Shown: positions 48,101 to 60,651 of the stretch, one piece after another
Numbering within the stretch: the stretch's first letter is position 1
Layout of the letters: each line of letters starts with the position of its first letter
Assembly (NCBI GenBank): GCA_003344405.1
Contig: NOWV01000126.1
Coordinates: forward strand, 1 to 64,000
DNA length: 64,000 nucleotides
Direction: 5' to 3'
From: Trichoplax sp. H2
Lineage: Eukaryota
Translations under genes and position numbers: made by a program
Notes under the pieces: model-generated
The model's input: only the letters and a program-made list of their open reading frames with translations
Database searches by the model: none
What the model was told of the DNA's origin: nothing

Positions 48101-51100
48101 GAAAGATCGGAAAGGCGCAAGAAAAGAGAAGAAATCGCAAATAGACACAAAGATCAAGGAAATAAATACTTTCGAGAAGGCCAATTCGATTTAGCAATCG
48201 CAGAATATACCAAAGCAATAGAAACTGCAAAACACATCACCGTCTATTACACTAACAGGGCACAGGTAAAATACTAATTAGTTTATAGGCGAAATTGCTA
48301 TTAACTGAAACAGCATGTGATGCAGTGTCTGGTTAGACTGAACTACACTAAATCCAAATAGATTCTATCCATGAATCCTGTTTTCAATATCTATTTTAGG
48401 CCTATGTTAAACTGAAAGATTGGGACTCTTGCATCGCTGACTGTGACATGGCATTACGGGTTCGATCTTCGATTATCTAACACTGTTTATACTACCTCTA
48501 ATGTAATCCTTTTTGCAATAATTTTAATTCATCGATTGGTAACGCAATGATCATAGATTGATGAAAAATTCTTGAAAGCGTACGTCCATTATTCAAAAGC
48601 TTTGATTCAGCAAGCTAAATACGACGAGGTAATATCAATCACTAGTACTCACGTAAAATGAAGTAATGAAATAGTAGTCAGTCTTAAATTGGACCTCAAA
48701 AGTAACCCTCCACTATTAAACCATCTGCTAATTGCATAGCATTAATTTATACAACAATCGTAAATTTTCAAAAGTTTTCATTGCAATTCATTAAGAATTT
48801 CAGCATTGATCTTATTTGATTACTTATTTCTTCGTAACGTATTAGGCCGACAAAATTCTAAATACTGCTGTTGAAAAAACCAAGCGAAACAAAATTATCC
48901 AAGGTTATTCTATACGTAAATCACGATCGAGAACAATATCTGTTTTGCCAATTTCAGAACATTTTTAAAGAACTTTACTTTGGATACTCTGTATTATTCA
49001 ACAGATTATAAAACACTTAACGAAATAGCAAGACAAGGCAAAACGGAAGAAAATGAGGTAAAAGAGCATTAATCACATAGTAATTAAAATTTTATCATAT
49101 AAAGTGAAACTCCAATTGATTAATTTGGATTAAAAAATTTAGGCAATTACAGCTTCAACAAACGAGAGCCAGGAATACGAATTGATTAAAACACTAATTG
49201 GCAAATGCAATGATAGTACAACGGAAGAAAACGATATCGTTGTTGCCCTTGATACTTTAGGATTACAGCTTGGTGGTGGTAATGCGCGTCTACAATAACT
49301 GATTTACCTCATTTCATAATAACCAAAAGAAACTTCCAACATTCACAATAAATAAGCATCTATTAAGAGTTCTATCGAGAGTTTTAAGAGTATTCAAGGA
49401 TTGATAACAATCGATTTTCTTATTAAATCAGCAGGTTTAAAGCAGGCATATTATAGAGTATGTGGAGGATGGGAAATTATTCACAAGAATTCTTTTATAG
49501 CGCGGTTAGTGATGAATTTTTGCAAATAATTATTCTGGATAGTGCATGGATTACTCTTATTACATTAATATCATTTATCTACCCTTTCAGATTATGGAAA
49601 GAATCTACCGTTAATAAAACTCAAGTGAATTTAATTACCGCCATGATTAGAATGATGACCGCAGCTATTGAAAATAATGGTAAGAGAAATAAATTATATA
49701 CAATTGGCTGGCTAGATTCAAATTTATAGTTGCTCACAATGCATACGTTATCAAGAAAACCGGATTTATCAATTATCAACAAATCACTCTCGAAATCGCT
49801 TTACAGATAGAAATTTACAGATACTATTAGAGGATTGCAAATTCTTGGAAATGGCTACCAAATGGATTAATTGCGATATTGAAGAAGTTGTGACTCATGT
49901 AATGATCATTATAGCCCTATTAGTAAAAGGATCGAATAGATGCCAATGGATATTATTTAACAAGTTGCAAGAACAACCACGGTAGCTTCTTTATTGCATA
50001 ATTATTATAATTCAAAGGATATCTGTAGTAATAACTTTAAATATGTTGTTTCTAGATTTTTACAATGTTTGACTAATATATCGTGTATGAACCGAAGATT
50101 AGCAAGGGTTACCTTGGATATCATCAAAAGTTTACAAGAACAGGAAAGGTATAACTTTTTATGAATTAAAAATCTGAAAAAGAAACCGTAAAAATCTACT
50201 TGTGTGCAACAATATTGACAAGAATGTTTCATTTATCACTTTATCTTCAGATTTCGAATCATTTGCAGAGAATCTATTAATAAATACATGGTGGATCCCC
50301 TTTGTAGTGCTCTGGTAAATCTTAAAATTTCTGTAATAGATAAATTCATACCATATAGGCCGTTACATTGCCCAAACTAACATCCATTTCTACTTTTGTA
50401 TTAGGGAGATGCGAAGAAATTAAAGAACTTAAAGACTGAGGATATCGCTTATTATTCATCTCTTTCCGAAATATTGCTCTTAATAGCTATTGATGACTGG
50501 TTTCGTGAACGTCTAGCAAAACAGACAGTTTTATGGTTGGGAATTGGGCATTTGCTTGTAAGCTAGCTATTCCATTGCTAACTACGCCTGTAATGAACCA
50601 GTCTACACAATTTTATTCAACTGCCAACATTTGTATTAACATAACTTTAGAATATAGCTGCAAAAGCCCCAAAAAATGTTGAGAATTTACTCCATGCTAT
50701 GTTAGGTTTAATGTTAAACCTTTGCGCCCAAGCGTCAGAAAATGCAGCCATTCAGGTTTAATGATAAACAAATAATCATAAAATTTAAATTAAGAGTAGA
50801 CCAGCTGGCCGAACTAAAATATCTTCATATATTCTTTTCAAGATAGTCTTTCAAATGAATGCCGTTTTATTTGTCGCCTTTATGTCATAACTTCACTCGG
50901 ATTAACATGACTTTGCGATATTTTTTAGAATTTTTCAAACGATTTCCTTCCTAGTCTTGTTAACATCTTAACCACGAAAAATGAAGATATTTTCGAAGTA
51001 CGAGTAAATAACTATATTTGTAAAAGTCCCACTTTTACAAGCAAAATCTGCATTTCATCTCTGTAATCTCTAATAACTAGTTACCTTTTGGCTTAATTAC

Positions 51101-52153
51101 TACGCTGGATTATCTTACTCTCCACATCTAAAATTTTAGCGTTTAACTAGATGCATTGCGCGTCTTATTGGATTTTGTACAAAGAAATCATGGTCCTTAG
51201 ATTTGTTACCTAAGATCTGCCCAGCAATATTGGTGGTAAGAAATATCTTAGGTTGATATTTAGAACCGTATATAAACTAAATGAAGTAAATTAAAAAATT
51301 AAAGCCTGTCCATTTCTGATGTTTGAGCCTAAATATATGTATTTCAATGTATATGAATTGATAGAATCGTGGTCGTCCAGTCACACTTAAAGCTTTATCG
51401 ACATGTCTGGCCTATTGTACAAAAAATGACCAGAAAGCTGCCATCGAGTTTTTGCTCGACTTCAAAGGTAGTTGAAAATTGTCGTTTTTATTACTCACCA
51501 CTTAGTGATTACATTACTAGCTTAGGCTTTTTAACTAAAAGATAATATATAAACTGCTTTAATTTTTTACAATTTTTGTAGATTTAGTCACAATCTTTAC
51601 TATGATGATTAATTCGGATGATGATAGCATTGTTGGTAATTCTAGTCTTGCCTGCAGCCACATAATCGGACAAGGTAAAGAGTAATAGATATAAATCACC
51701 GTCTGAATATAGTACTGCGCACAATAAGTACCGCACTAGTTAATTAAATTTTGTCTACTTTTATTTATTGCTATTCTCGAATCTCCTACCGATGGATAGC
51801 AAAAATAAGTCAATTATTTATTGGAAGCGATATCGTTGCTGATTTATTACGGATAGTGGATAGCAGTCGGAAAAATGTTACACGAAAAAATGCTGGGATT
51901 GCATTGGCTAAATTAAGCCAAAGCGATGCAAGGTAAGAGCAAGTTTGTTGATGCTTCTGGATTTTTTGACACCTTATAGCCTATAACAATTCAAGATAAT
52001 ATTAATGGTATTTCATAAATGCCAGATTGCACGAATAAAAACACTAAGCGACAATTACTAATTGTTTTTCATTTAAGGCATCTGGAAAGGCTGCGGGATT
52101 TACATGGCGTAGAAATTCTTCACTCAGTTTTAGATTCATTTGGAAAAATTTAA
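45102..52153 (+). CDS. TTC12: Tetratricopeptide repeat protein 12 (TPR + ARM; ciliary dynein assembly factor), multi-exon
   Basis: Exon 1 MNQEQELDSFLDKINNV (45102-45153) joins ESLVKDLASSD. TPR segment DAEERSERRKKREEIANRHKDQGNKYFREGQFDLAIAEYTKAIE...YYTNRAQ. C-terminus RKNAGIALAKLSQSDARHLERLRDLHGVEILHS, stop at 52153. Confidence 0.9.
45260..46520. repeat. Degenerate ~180-270-bp tandem array in TTC12 intron 1
   Basis: GAGAAAGCCTCCAAATTAATACATAGGGCTAAAGCAATGGCTACTTGGCTACATCGATCAACA-like blocks at about 45345, 45616, 45794, 45971, 46159 and 46438. Confidence 0.9.
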
Positions 52154-55100
52154 GCTTTTACAAATTTCTAGATTAAATAAATACTATAGAATAATTGACA
52201 ACGCAGAAATTAATAAGCGGTTTCTGTTAGATGAAGTTAAAGCACCGAGAACACTCCCTTAGACAAGTATTAATTCTACGACTCGACGAAAACGTACTAT
52301 TTTTTGTACCGTTTCTGATGTATAGACAACAAGCAAACTAAGCAATGGTAGTATTAGTTATCGATAACCATATTCTATAGTAGTAAGTGAAATAAACTAT
52401 TCTGTAATATTTTATTCGTGCTGAATCCTAATACCTTCAAATAAAGTTTACTTTGTGTATTTTAATAACATTTTTTTGCAATCTGAACCGTCCCTGAATA
52501 AACCATTTAAGAATGAGAAAGGTGTAACTATTTATATCCTTAAATAATATCAAATGAAATATCAGAAGTCTACACACTGGGCTCCTAAAAAGTAATTTTA
52601 AAAACGCCGAACACTTTAACTTTCAGCAGGTGCGGTGCAGTGTTTCGGTTACATGTTCACTGAAAATCGAGACATGCAAATATCGCTCAAGCCTGAATAA
52701 AATCAGACATACAGCGGTTCGAATTAATTGATTATTGTTAAATTAAGGGGCTTACGGTCAATACCATATTTTATTTATTTATTCCAAAATATTGCGAATA
52801 CTTATTTATAATGTAAATCGTGATTTATAGAGAGAAACTAAACTATATGAGCCTTTTGATAGGCTAATCCTCTCGATGATTGCCCATAACGTCACTCAAT
52901 ACTGACGAACATCTATCGTTGGGGCCACGGTAACTGCAAGTCTCACTTAAACTAAACTTTAAAGTCATATTTACTAAATAATTCATCAATTTATAAACGC
53001 ATCGTTATGCTATTTAATCTTAATTTATCATTTCGGATGTAACATTATAAAGGATGCGAGATATCCTAGATATAATCTCTATCAGTGAATTTCTAAGTAA
53101 GTTATGTAATGATAGCTTTGCTGCAGCTTCGATACTGAAAATAAAATTGCGATTTTTACCCCTGAGATTCACATTATAGGAAACCATTTTCCGTATGCAA
53201 TTGTCATTTATTTGAATCTAAACTAAATAGATATTTTATAAATTCAAATAATCTAATATGTAGAATAAGGATAAGCATATACCGAAGTTCTAGAAAGAAG
53301 AAATATTTCAGAAAAACATCCGGTTACTATGTTGCTAATGATATCACTTTAGGAGAGTTTATAATCTGATATCATTATTTTATTATATATGGTAAGCATA
53401 TTTGGCATATTATAATTTTAAAAGGAAAACTGTATTAGCTTTTAAATTTCAATCATAGGGTTAGTTATACGTTTTTTTTGCCGTATTGTATTGAGCTATT
53501 TTCTTAATCTGGCATCTGTGTGAACACTGCGGATATCCTAATCAGTAATAAACACTATACCTTATTAAATTAGAAATTGGATGAGAAACTTAATGAATAA
53601 TACTTCTTTAAGAGCAACACATCTCGCTTTAATAATAGCCAGTTAAGCTTAATGCAGATACGATGGAATAAAATAAAGTTAAGAACACAGGTTATTATTC
53701 ATTATTATCGAATAGAACACCATAAGTTAATTAATTTCTAAATAATAGTTTATTTAATCAAAACGCTTTAATATCAATCTGAAATATTAGTTCTAGAGTA
53801 ACATAGTGATGATGTTTTTGAATTATTACTAACATATAGGAACATGGCTTCTACTTCATTTTGCCGCATAATTCTTCAGTCACCGAACTACCCACATAGA
53901 CGAATCGAGTTATCTCAAATATATTAATATTACATATTTGTAAATTAATACACCACATACAGCATATGCAGTATGAAATATGTTTCTATAACGTGCATAG
54001 ATTAAAGTGAATCAGCTTAATTGCGGATACAAGCGTTCATAGTTAAATTGAAAGAATAGGATAACCTGTCTTGGTTGCTAGTAATTTAAGGAAATAATGT
54101 CCTTGTCTAAACTTCATTTCTCTGCTAAATTCTGATTATATTACAGTATAAGCTTTCATTATACAGTATATTCAAGTATGCTACATGACTGTTTACTTTA
54201 AGTAAAGTATGCTTTATTTGTATAATTTTAGTGGCGATAAAACAATAATGCAATTTTTTCAAAAGGCGAAGGAAGATTGATGAATCAGTACGAGTATAGC
54301 TTAATTTTCTCGCCGTACTAAAAATGGCAGCCCATCACGGTGGTAGCCAAATAGAAAGGTAACTATATGAGCTACTGTTAATAGAACTACCATCAGTTAT
54401 CTTTCTACCTAGTTTAACTAGATACAGGAGATTAAATTATACTCCGATTGTAACTTTACTGATGTAATGCACGATATTACTAAATCAATGACAGACTAAA
54501 TTGAAATAAGATCTGATGCAGTTTAATTTTAATCAAATTGCGCGTAATCTCGGTGAATATTCTAGAAGGTGGATATTGGCTGATTTAAGAGACAGTATTG
54601 CATTGGCTACAAAAAGGTACCTCAATATAGCCAACGTTACTTTGGAACTGAAATCAAAATCCCTTTCATCAGTGCGACGGTTCCTGTGCTGATAACTACT
54701 GCGGTTACTGTATAATTTTAGAGATTCCCGATCTTATTGAAATGCTCAGATACTTGTAAATTCTGAATGATTCCGAAATAAAAATAGATCAAACCACATC
54801 TTAAAGTAATGAAATAATTAATATATGGTACCGTACTGTTTTGAAATAGTAAATAAAAATACTCGGATGTGCTATGAAGGCAATTCCATTTGTCGATTGA
54901 AAGATTGGCAGGTATTACTATCGTCAATTCATATAATATTCAGAGCTACGAATTTTATAGTATGAACTTAAATGTTATACATATCAGGTTGTTACTGTGC
55001 TCAGGCTCGGTGATTTATGAATTACTGATTTCATTTAATTTAGTTTACCTGATTGAGGATTTTACTAGCTGGACCGATCTATTATACAATAACTTATTGC

Positions 55101-55737
55101 ATACAACTGCTATTGGTAATCTCCTGTAATTCGCGTTAATTGCCTTTATCCATAATTGTATGCAAGTTTTTAACGTAATCAAGAATCAAAACTGTTTTTG
55201 TATAGTCGTTCGTTCATTGATTATTCGTTAACAATTATATTATAGTGAGTATACTGACATTGCTTTTATTAATACTTTAATTCATTTGGGTATTAGCTAG
55301 AACAATCATAGCTTGCTGGACGGTACGTACTTTAACCAATACATTGTTAGAATAAGTTATATTTTTATTTTGTTTAAACGCTAATTTTATCAAACGTGAA
55401 ACTTTGAACTATTTTCAAAGTTATTAGTCCCTATGAGGAAGAACTATATGATAAAAAACTTAGCGGAGGACTGTATAAAGGATGATCATACGACCCAATA
55501 ATGCAAAGTTAGATTTTTAATACTACTAGATAAGTTCCTACGCCGTAAGAATACTAAATTAACTGATCTTTTTCCTTTTAATTTTAGTTAGGGTTCTTAC
55601 CAAAATTGAGCCAGAGACATTTACGGGCAATTTTGTTACATGTGTATTACAGCGATTTATTGATACTAAATTTGCTAAGAACTTTTATTTAGACTTTAAT
55701 AACTTAAATTCAAGATCTACTATCTTAATATTTAACT

Positions 55738-57318
55738 ATGGAATCTAAATACGAATTAAATCCCTCTGACCTCCACGTATCAATCAACAGTCTACCTGGT
55801 TTGATAATTTTACAAAAATCTTCACCCAGTAATAACAATCATCAACAAGGTGCTGTCTACAGGACTCGTTTAATGGCGTATTATTGCAGAAATGATTCTT
55901 TACCGAGTGTGTGTAAGCTTTATTATAACATTCCTACATTTACTCATACACAGAAAACTAAACGGAGGCGTACGAGAGATTATAATCGCCATACAGATAT
56001 AATCCGTCGTTTCTTTAATAGTGATAACGACGCTATCAACTATCCTGTTGGATGTTATTCTGTACGAATATTTGTCGATGATAATCAATCTTGTTTAATT
56101 ACTAAAGATCGACGGCGAGATGCATATCATCCTATAGCGTTTCTACGTGATAACAAGCTAATCGGCGGTTTATATGCTAACTTTGATCGTTATGTCCATC
56201 CGAGCCTAAGTGAAAAAGTTATTTCGATCGATGAAAAACCTATACGATCTATTATTACAGCTGTATGCCTGTATGGCTATAATTTGAAAGGCATCGATAA
56301 CTGCGGAAATCAATATCCGATAACGAGCGCAACTCATAATCTACAACAAGATCAAACTATAGAAAGAATAAAACTGGAATGCGATGAATGGCATCCATAC
56401 GAAAAATTAATTCATCAAACGCTCGAAAATATGGTACCATTTTTTTATGTTATAGGTAAAGGAACTATGCCTACATTATACTTTCATCTTCCGATTGCAG
56501 AATATATTATAGTCGGATTACAATTATTTCTAACTAATCATATGACCAGAAAAGCTTTCGACGATTATATCGATTATATAACCGAACGTTCCAGAAAGCA
56601 TCGTCAATGGTTAGATAATTACTCTTCTCGTTACAATATAACATTGATAACCGAAGCGCCTATTAGTAGATTAGTATTAGAAAGGAACGACGAATTTTGT
56701 TTACAACGATTTATGGATAGAATCGATGTACCGTTAAGTCTTTTAAATGGCATCGATAAAGAAAGCGGTAACAAAATTGCAGAACATGTTAGTCAACGAT
56801 GTTGGATATGGTTATGTGAAAGTCAAGTAGAGCCCTATCGTAGTGTGTGGCGATATATTAAGAGTCAGAAAGATCTTCATTGTAATGAAGAAGAATTATA
56901 TAACGGTTATAGCTTGATATCGCTTAAGTATATCAGCTATATCGCTTATTTAGCTTGTGTTAAGCAAATGGAGAAAGTAGGCCAAGTGTTAATGGTCCAG
57001 CCACTTGATGAAAAACAAGTATCGGTAGCTTATAAAAATTTATTAGGAGATAAATACGGTGGTATATTAGGATTTCATTGGATGGTGCCAATAGTATCGA
57101 ATATATCTACGATGGACACTTTATTCACTCTAAAAGACTACTTAGCACCGTTAGATAATCTGATTGAGAACGGTATTATTAAGCAATGTTTCCTAGAGAG
57201 CGGCGCTGCAGCGACAAACTTAGATAAAAATAGTATAGTTTCTTATACAAAGATTAAAGAGCAGTTACTATCGAAACACCGCTATCTTCTTGCGGAGCAA
57301 ATTGATTCGATATCTTAA
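55738..57318 (+). CDS. Intronless 526-aa protein of unknown function, candidate horizontally acquired gene
   Basis: Uninterrupted 1581-bp ORF in AT-rich DNA with globular amino-acid composition. No recognisable animal domain. Confidence 0.85.
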   Translation: MESKYELNPSDLHVSINSLPGLIILQKSSPSNNNHQQGAVYRTRLMAYYCRNDSLPSVCKLYYNIPTFTHTQKTKRRRTRDYNRHTDIIRRFFNSDNDAINYPVGCYSVRIFVDDNQSCLITKDRRRDAYHPIAFLRDNKLIGGLYANFDRYVHPSLSEKVISIDEKPIRSIITAVCLYGYNLKGIDNCGNQYPITSATHNLQQDQTIERIKLECDEWHPYEKLIHQTLENMVPFFYVIGKGTMPTLYFHLPIAEYIIVGLQLFLTNHMTRKAFDDYIDYITERSRKHRQWLDNYSSRYNITLITEAPISRLVLERNDEFCLQRFMDRIDVPLSLLNGIDKESGNKIAEHVSQRCWIWLCESQVEPYRSVWRYIKSQKDLHCNEEELYNGYSLISLKYISYIAYLACVKQMEKVGQVLMVQPLDEKQVSVAYKNLLGDKYGGILGFHWMVPIVSNISTMDTLFTLKDYLAPLDNLIENGIIKQCFLESGAAATNLDKNSIVSYTKIKEQLLSKHRYLLAEQIDSIS

Positions 57319-57695
57319 AAGTAATACCATAAATCTGTGGATCGTTACATTTACAAGCAATGTTATCTTGAGAGCGGCATTGCAGCGACAAACTTAGATA
57401 ATAATAGTATTGTTTCTTATACATAGATTAAAGAGTAGTTACTATCGAAACATCGGTATCCTGAGCAGCAAATTGATTCGATATCTTAAAAGTAAATACC
57501 TTAAATCTGTGGATCTTTCCATTTACAAGCAATGCTATCTTGAGAGCGGCGCTGCTGCGACAAACTTAGATAATAATAGTATAGTTTCTAATACAAAGAT
57601 TAAAGAGCAGTTACTATCGAAGCATCGGTATCTTCTTGTGCAGCAAATTGATTCAATATCTTAAAAGTAATACCGTTAATCTGTGGATCTTTACA
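57181..57695 (+). repeat. Tandem triplication (~173 bp) of the ORF's last ~45 codons plus the start of the 3' flank
   Basis: AAGCAATG...GAGAGCGGC...ATATCTTAAAAGTAA units start at about 57181, 57355 and 57527. Confidence 0.93.
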
Positions 57696-58173
57696 TTTTA
57701 GACACTGCAGAATTAGTATATCGAGATTATGGTAGAAACATCTATGTTAGAATAATTTTGTTGATTTACCCTTATATGAAGTGTTTCTTATTTAGATATA
57801 TGATATTTAAATATAGCACTAGCTTTTATGGTGATATATACAGCCTACTGAAATTAGTAGTTTAATTAGGGAATCGAGAATAATCTTCTTACAATTGAAA
57901 TCACTGTGATAGTAATTTACTTATGGTAGATTATCGTAGAAATGTTCCGTGATAGAAAATATTGTAATCTGACAATTTTGTATTAGTTATTCGCTGTTTA
58001 TCTTGGTAAATACTGTTGTCTTCATTCGGTAGTAGTAGATAAAATTAGCTTTTAATTCATTATCAGGCTTCAACGTTAATATTACGAACTAAGATGTCTT
58101 TGCTATTGTAAAAGAGTATATAAATGCGATAATCGTATGATAAAGTTAGTTCTTGTGATTCGTGTTTAACGTA

Positions 58174-58193
58174 NNNNNNNNNNNNNNNNNNNN
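58174..58193. other. Assembly gap (20 N)
   Basis: Run of N. Confidence 1.
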
Positions 58194-58903
58194 CTTTATT
58201 CACTCTAAAAGACTACTTAGCACCGTTAGATAATCTGATTGAGAACGGTATTATTAAGCAATGTTTCCTTGAGAGCGGCGCTGCAGCAACAAACTTAGAT
58301 AAAAATAGTATAGTTTCTTATACAAAGATTAAAGAGCAGTTACTATCGAAACATCGGCATCTTCTTGCGCAGCAAATTGATTCGATATCTTAAAAGTAAT
58401 ACCGTTAATCTGTGGATCTTTACATTTTAGACACTGCAGAATTAGTAATATCGAGATTATAGTAGAAACATCTATGTTAGAATAATTTTGTTGATTTACC
58501 CTTATACGAAGAGTTTCTTATTTAGATATATGATATTTAAATATAGCACTAGCTTTTATGGTGATATATACAGCCTACTGAAATTAGTAGTTTAATTAGG
58601 GAATCGAGAATAATCTTCTTACAATTCAAATCACTGTGATTGTAATTTACTTATGGTAGATTATCGTAGAAATGTTCCGTGATAGGAAATATTGTAATCT
58701 GACAATTTTGTATTAGTTATTCGATGTCTATCTTGGTAAATACTGTTGTCTTCATTCGGTAGCAGTAGATAAAATTAGCTTTTGATTCATTATCAGGCTT
58801 CAACGTTAATATTACTAACTAAGATGTCTTTGCTATTGTAAAAGAGTATATAAATGCGATAATCGTATAATAAAGTTAGTTCTTGTGATTCGTGTTTAAC
58901 GTA
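58194..58903 (+). repeat. Near-identical copy of 57119-~57320 joined to ~57665-58173 (probable uncollapsed second haplotype)
   Basis: Begins CTTTATTCACTCTAAAAGAC as at 57119 and ends GTGTTTAACGTA as at 58173, with scattered substitutions and only one 173-bp unit. Confidence 0.9.
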
Positions 58904-60651
58904 AGATCCGAGGTGTCTAAGTCATTTTGTAGTCTACTAGTATAGGAAAAGTGCTCCTGAAAGAGTAGATATTGTTCCCTGATAAATGATTCAGGGAATC
59001 GACTGATTGATCTTGCATTACGTTATTTTGTAGCAAAGCTGTTTTGCAACAGTAATCTTTATCATCTTCTACACTACTACTAACTTGGATATGGCCAATC
59101 AGACGTTGGCACTTGTTACTGTTGCACTTGGATAGTGCACTATACAGAATGTTGACATATAGTATTTCGAACTCGAGATCATTTTTCCTTTTCTTCTCTC
59201 TTACCCTGCCACTCAATTAAAATCTATCTCTCACTGCACCTTGTACGTTAACTCTTAATAAGACTACAGAGTGTTATTCTTAGACTGAGTTATGGAATGG
59301 TAACATTCTTGGCTTGTTTAAATAGTAGTTCGTTGTTCAATTTTCTATGATATATTCCTAGTAATTTTACTATGCTTGAACCTGTGGCATAACAACCTGT
59401 GATTAATCCGTAGTCTAAAGCATAGAAGTATCGACCCACATGCTGAACGTATTCGAAACAGCTATATCACGCATCTTAGTATGGCGAATATAACATTCAT
59501 ATATAATTATAAATTGTAAGATGAACAGGTGCAAGGATTTTAGCAAATTACGGTAGTTACGTGTTACATCAATTCAAATCTTTATTTCTCAGAAAAGAAT
59601 AGCTAATAATAAAATACATTAAGATCCACTTCACTAAACTGCTAACTAACTATAATATGTGTTATTGGGCTTCTAAAAAGAGAAATTTCAGTTTAGAATA
59701 GTGATATCAATTATTTATTATCAGTTATACTATCGCGAGATAGTATCAAATAGTTTTAATCCTTGAACGATAATGGACAGTATTTCTAACACCAGAGGGC
59801 ACTTTGCTGCACGCAATCAATAGTACAGCGTACAATTTCTCCATATTATCCTGATAGTATCTTGATAGATTAGTATTAATAATTATTATTCTACCGGCAA
59901 AAATATAATATGCTCAGGCAGGGAAATTGTGGGTCAGCAAAACAATTATACTATCAAGTAAACAGCAAAAGTATACGCGAAGTATAGTATAGGGAGCGAG
60001 CGATATACTAGTTATGATAGTATCAGAACTACACTTGATATTAGGAAGCATATATTCTAAGATAATCCTCTAGTTATATTCTGAATGTAACACTTTAAAA
60101 CTTTATGGAGAATATATTTTCGTTGATTTAGATTGGATATCCAACTAGTATTAAGAAAAACTCTGATAGTTAACTCTAGTTTAGAAGTCTGATAAGTCGT
60201 TCAAGTTCGATGCATTCTGACTAGGTTATACTGTACTGACGTAAATTGCAGTAAGCGATCAATACTGTAAGCGTTTATTCTGAGTCCTGATGATTGTACT
60301 GTATGGGAAAGACAATCCAGGCGTCCATACGTCTATAACGTACAGTATACAGTACTGTCATACTATACTACATGGTACTGTACACTGTGGCAACGTACTG
60401 TACTGTACTGTACTACTTACTATAAAGAAGTTTCATACAGTATGAGGCATACAAAATTAATTTGAACTGCGCATGTGAGATGAAGGTTTGCTGATTGTTG
60501 CTCGAGCTTAAATGGCAGTCTAGTGATCTGGTCGATAGTGGTGGTTGGAAATAGTTCAGAGTTGATTCTGCTGCTAAGGTAATTGCCTATTTAGAAGCTC
60601 TTTCCGTAGATTAAATAGTATCTTACTGTGTTATCGTCTCAACGTAGTGTA

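Noticed and set aside
58917-59216. 99-aa minus-strand ORF next to the duplicated segment
   Set aside because: Non-ATG start, no recognisable homology or splice support.
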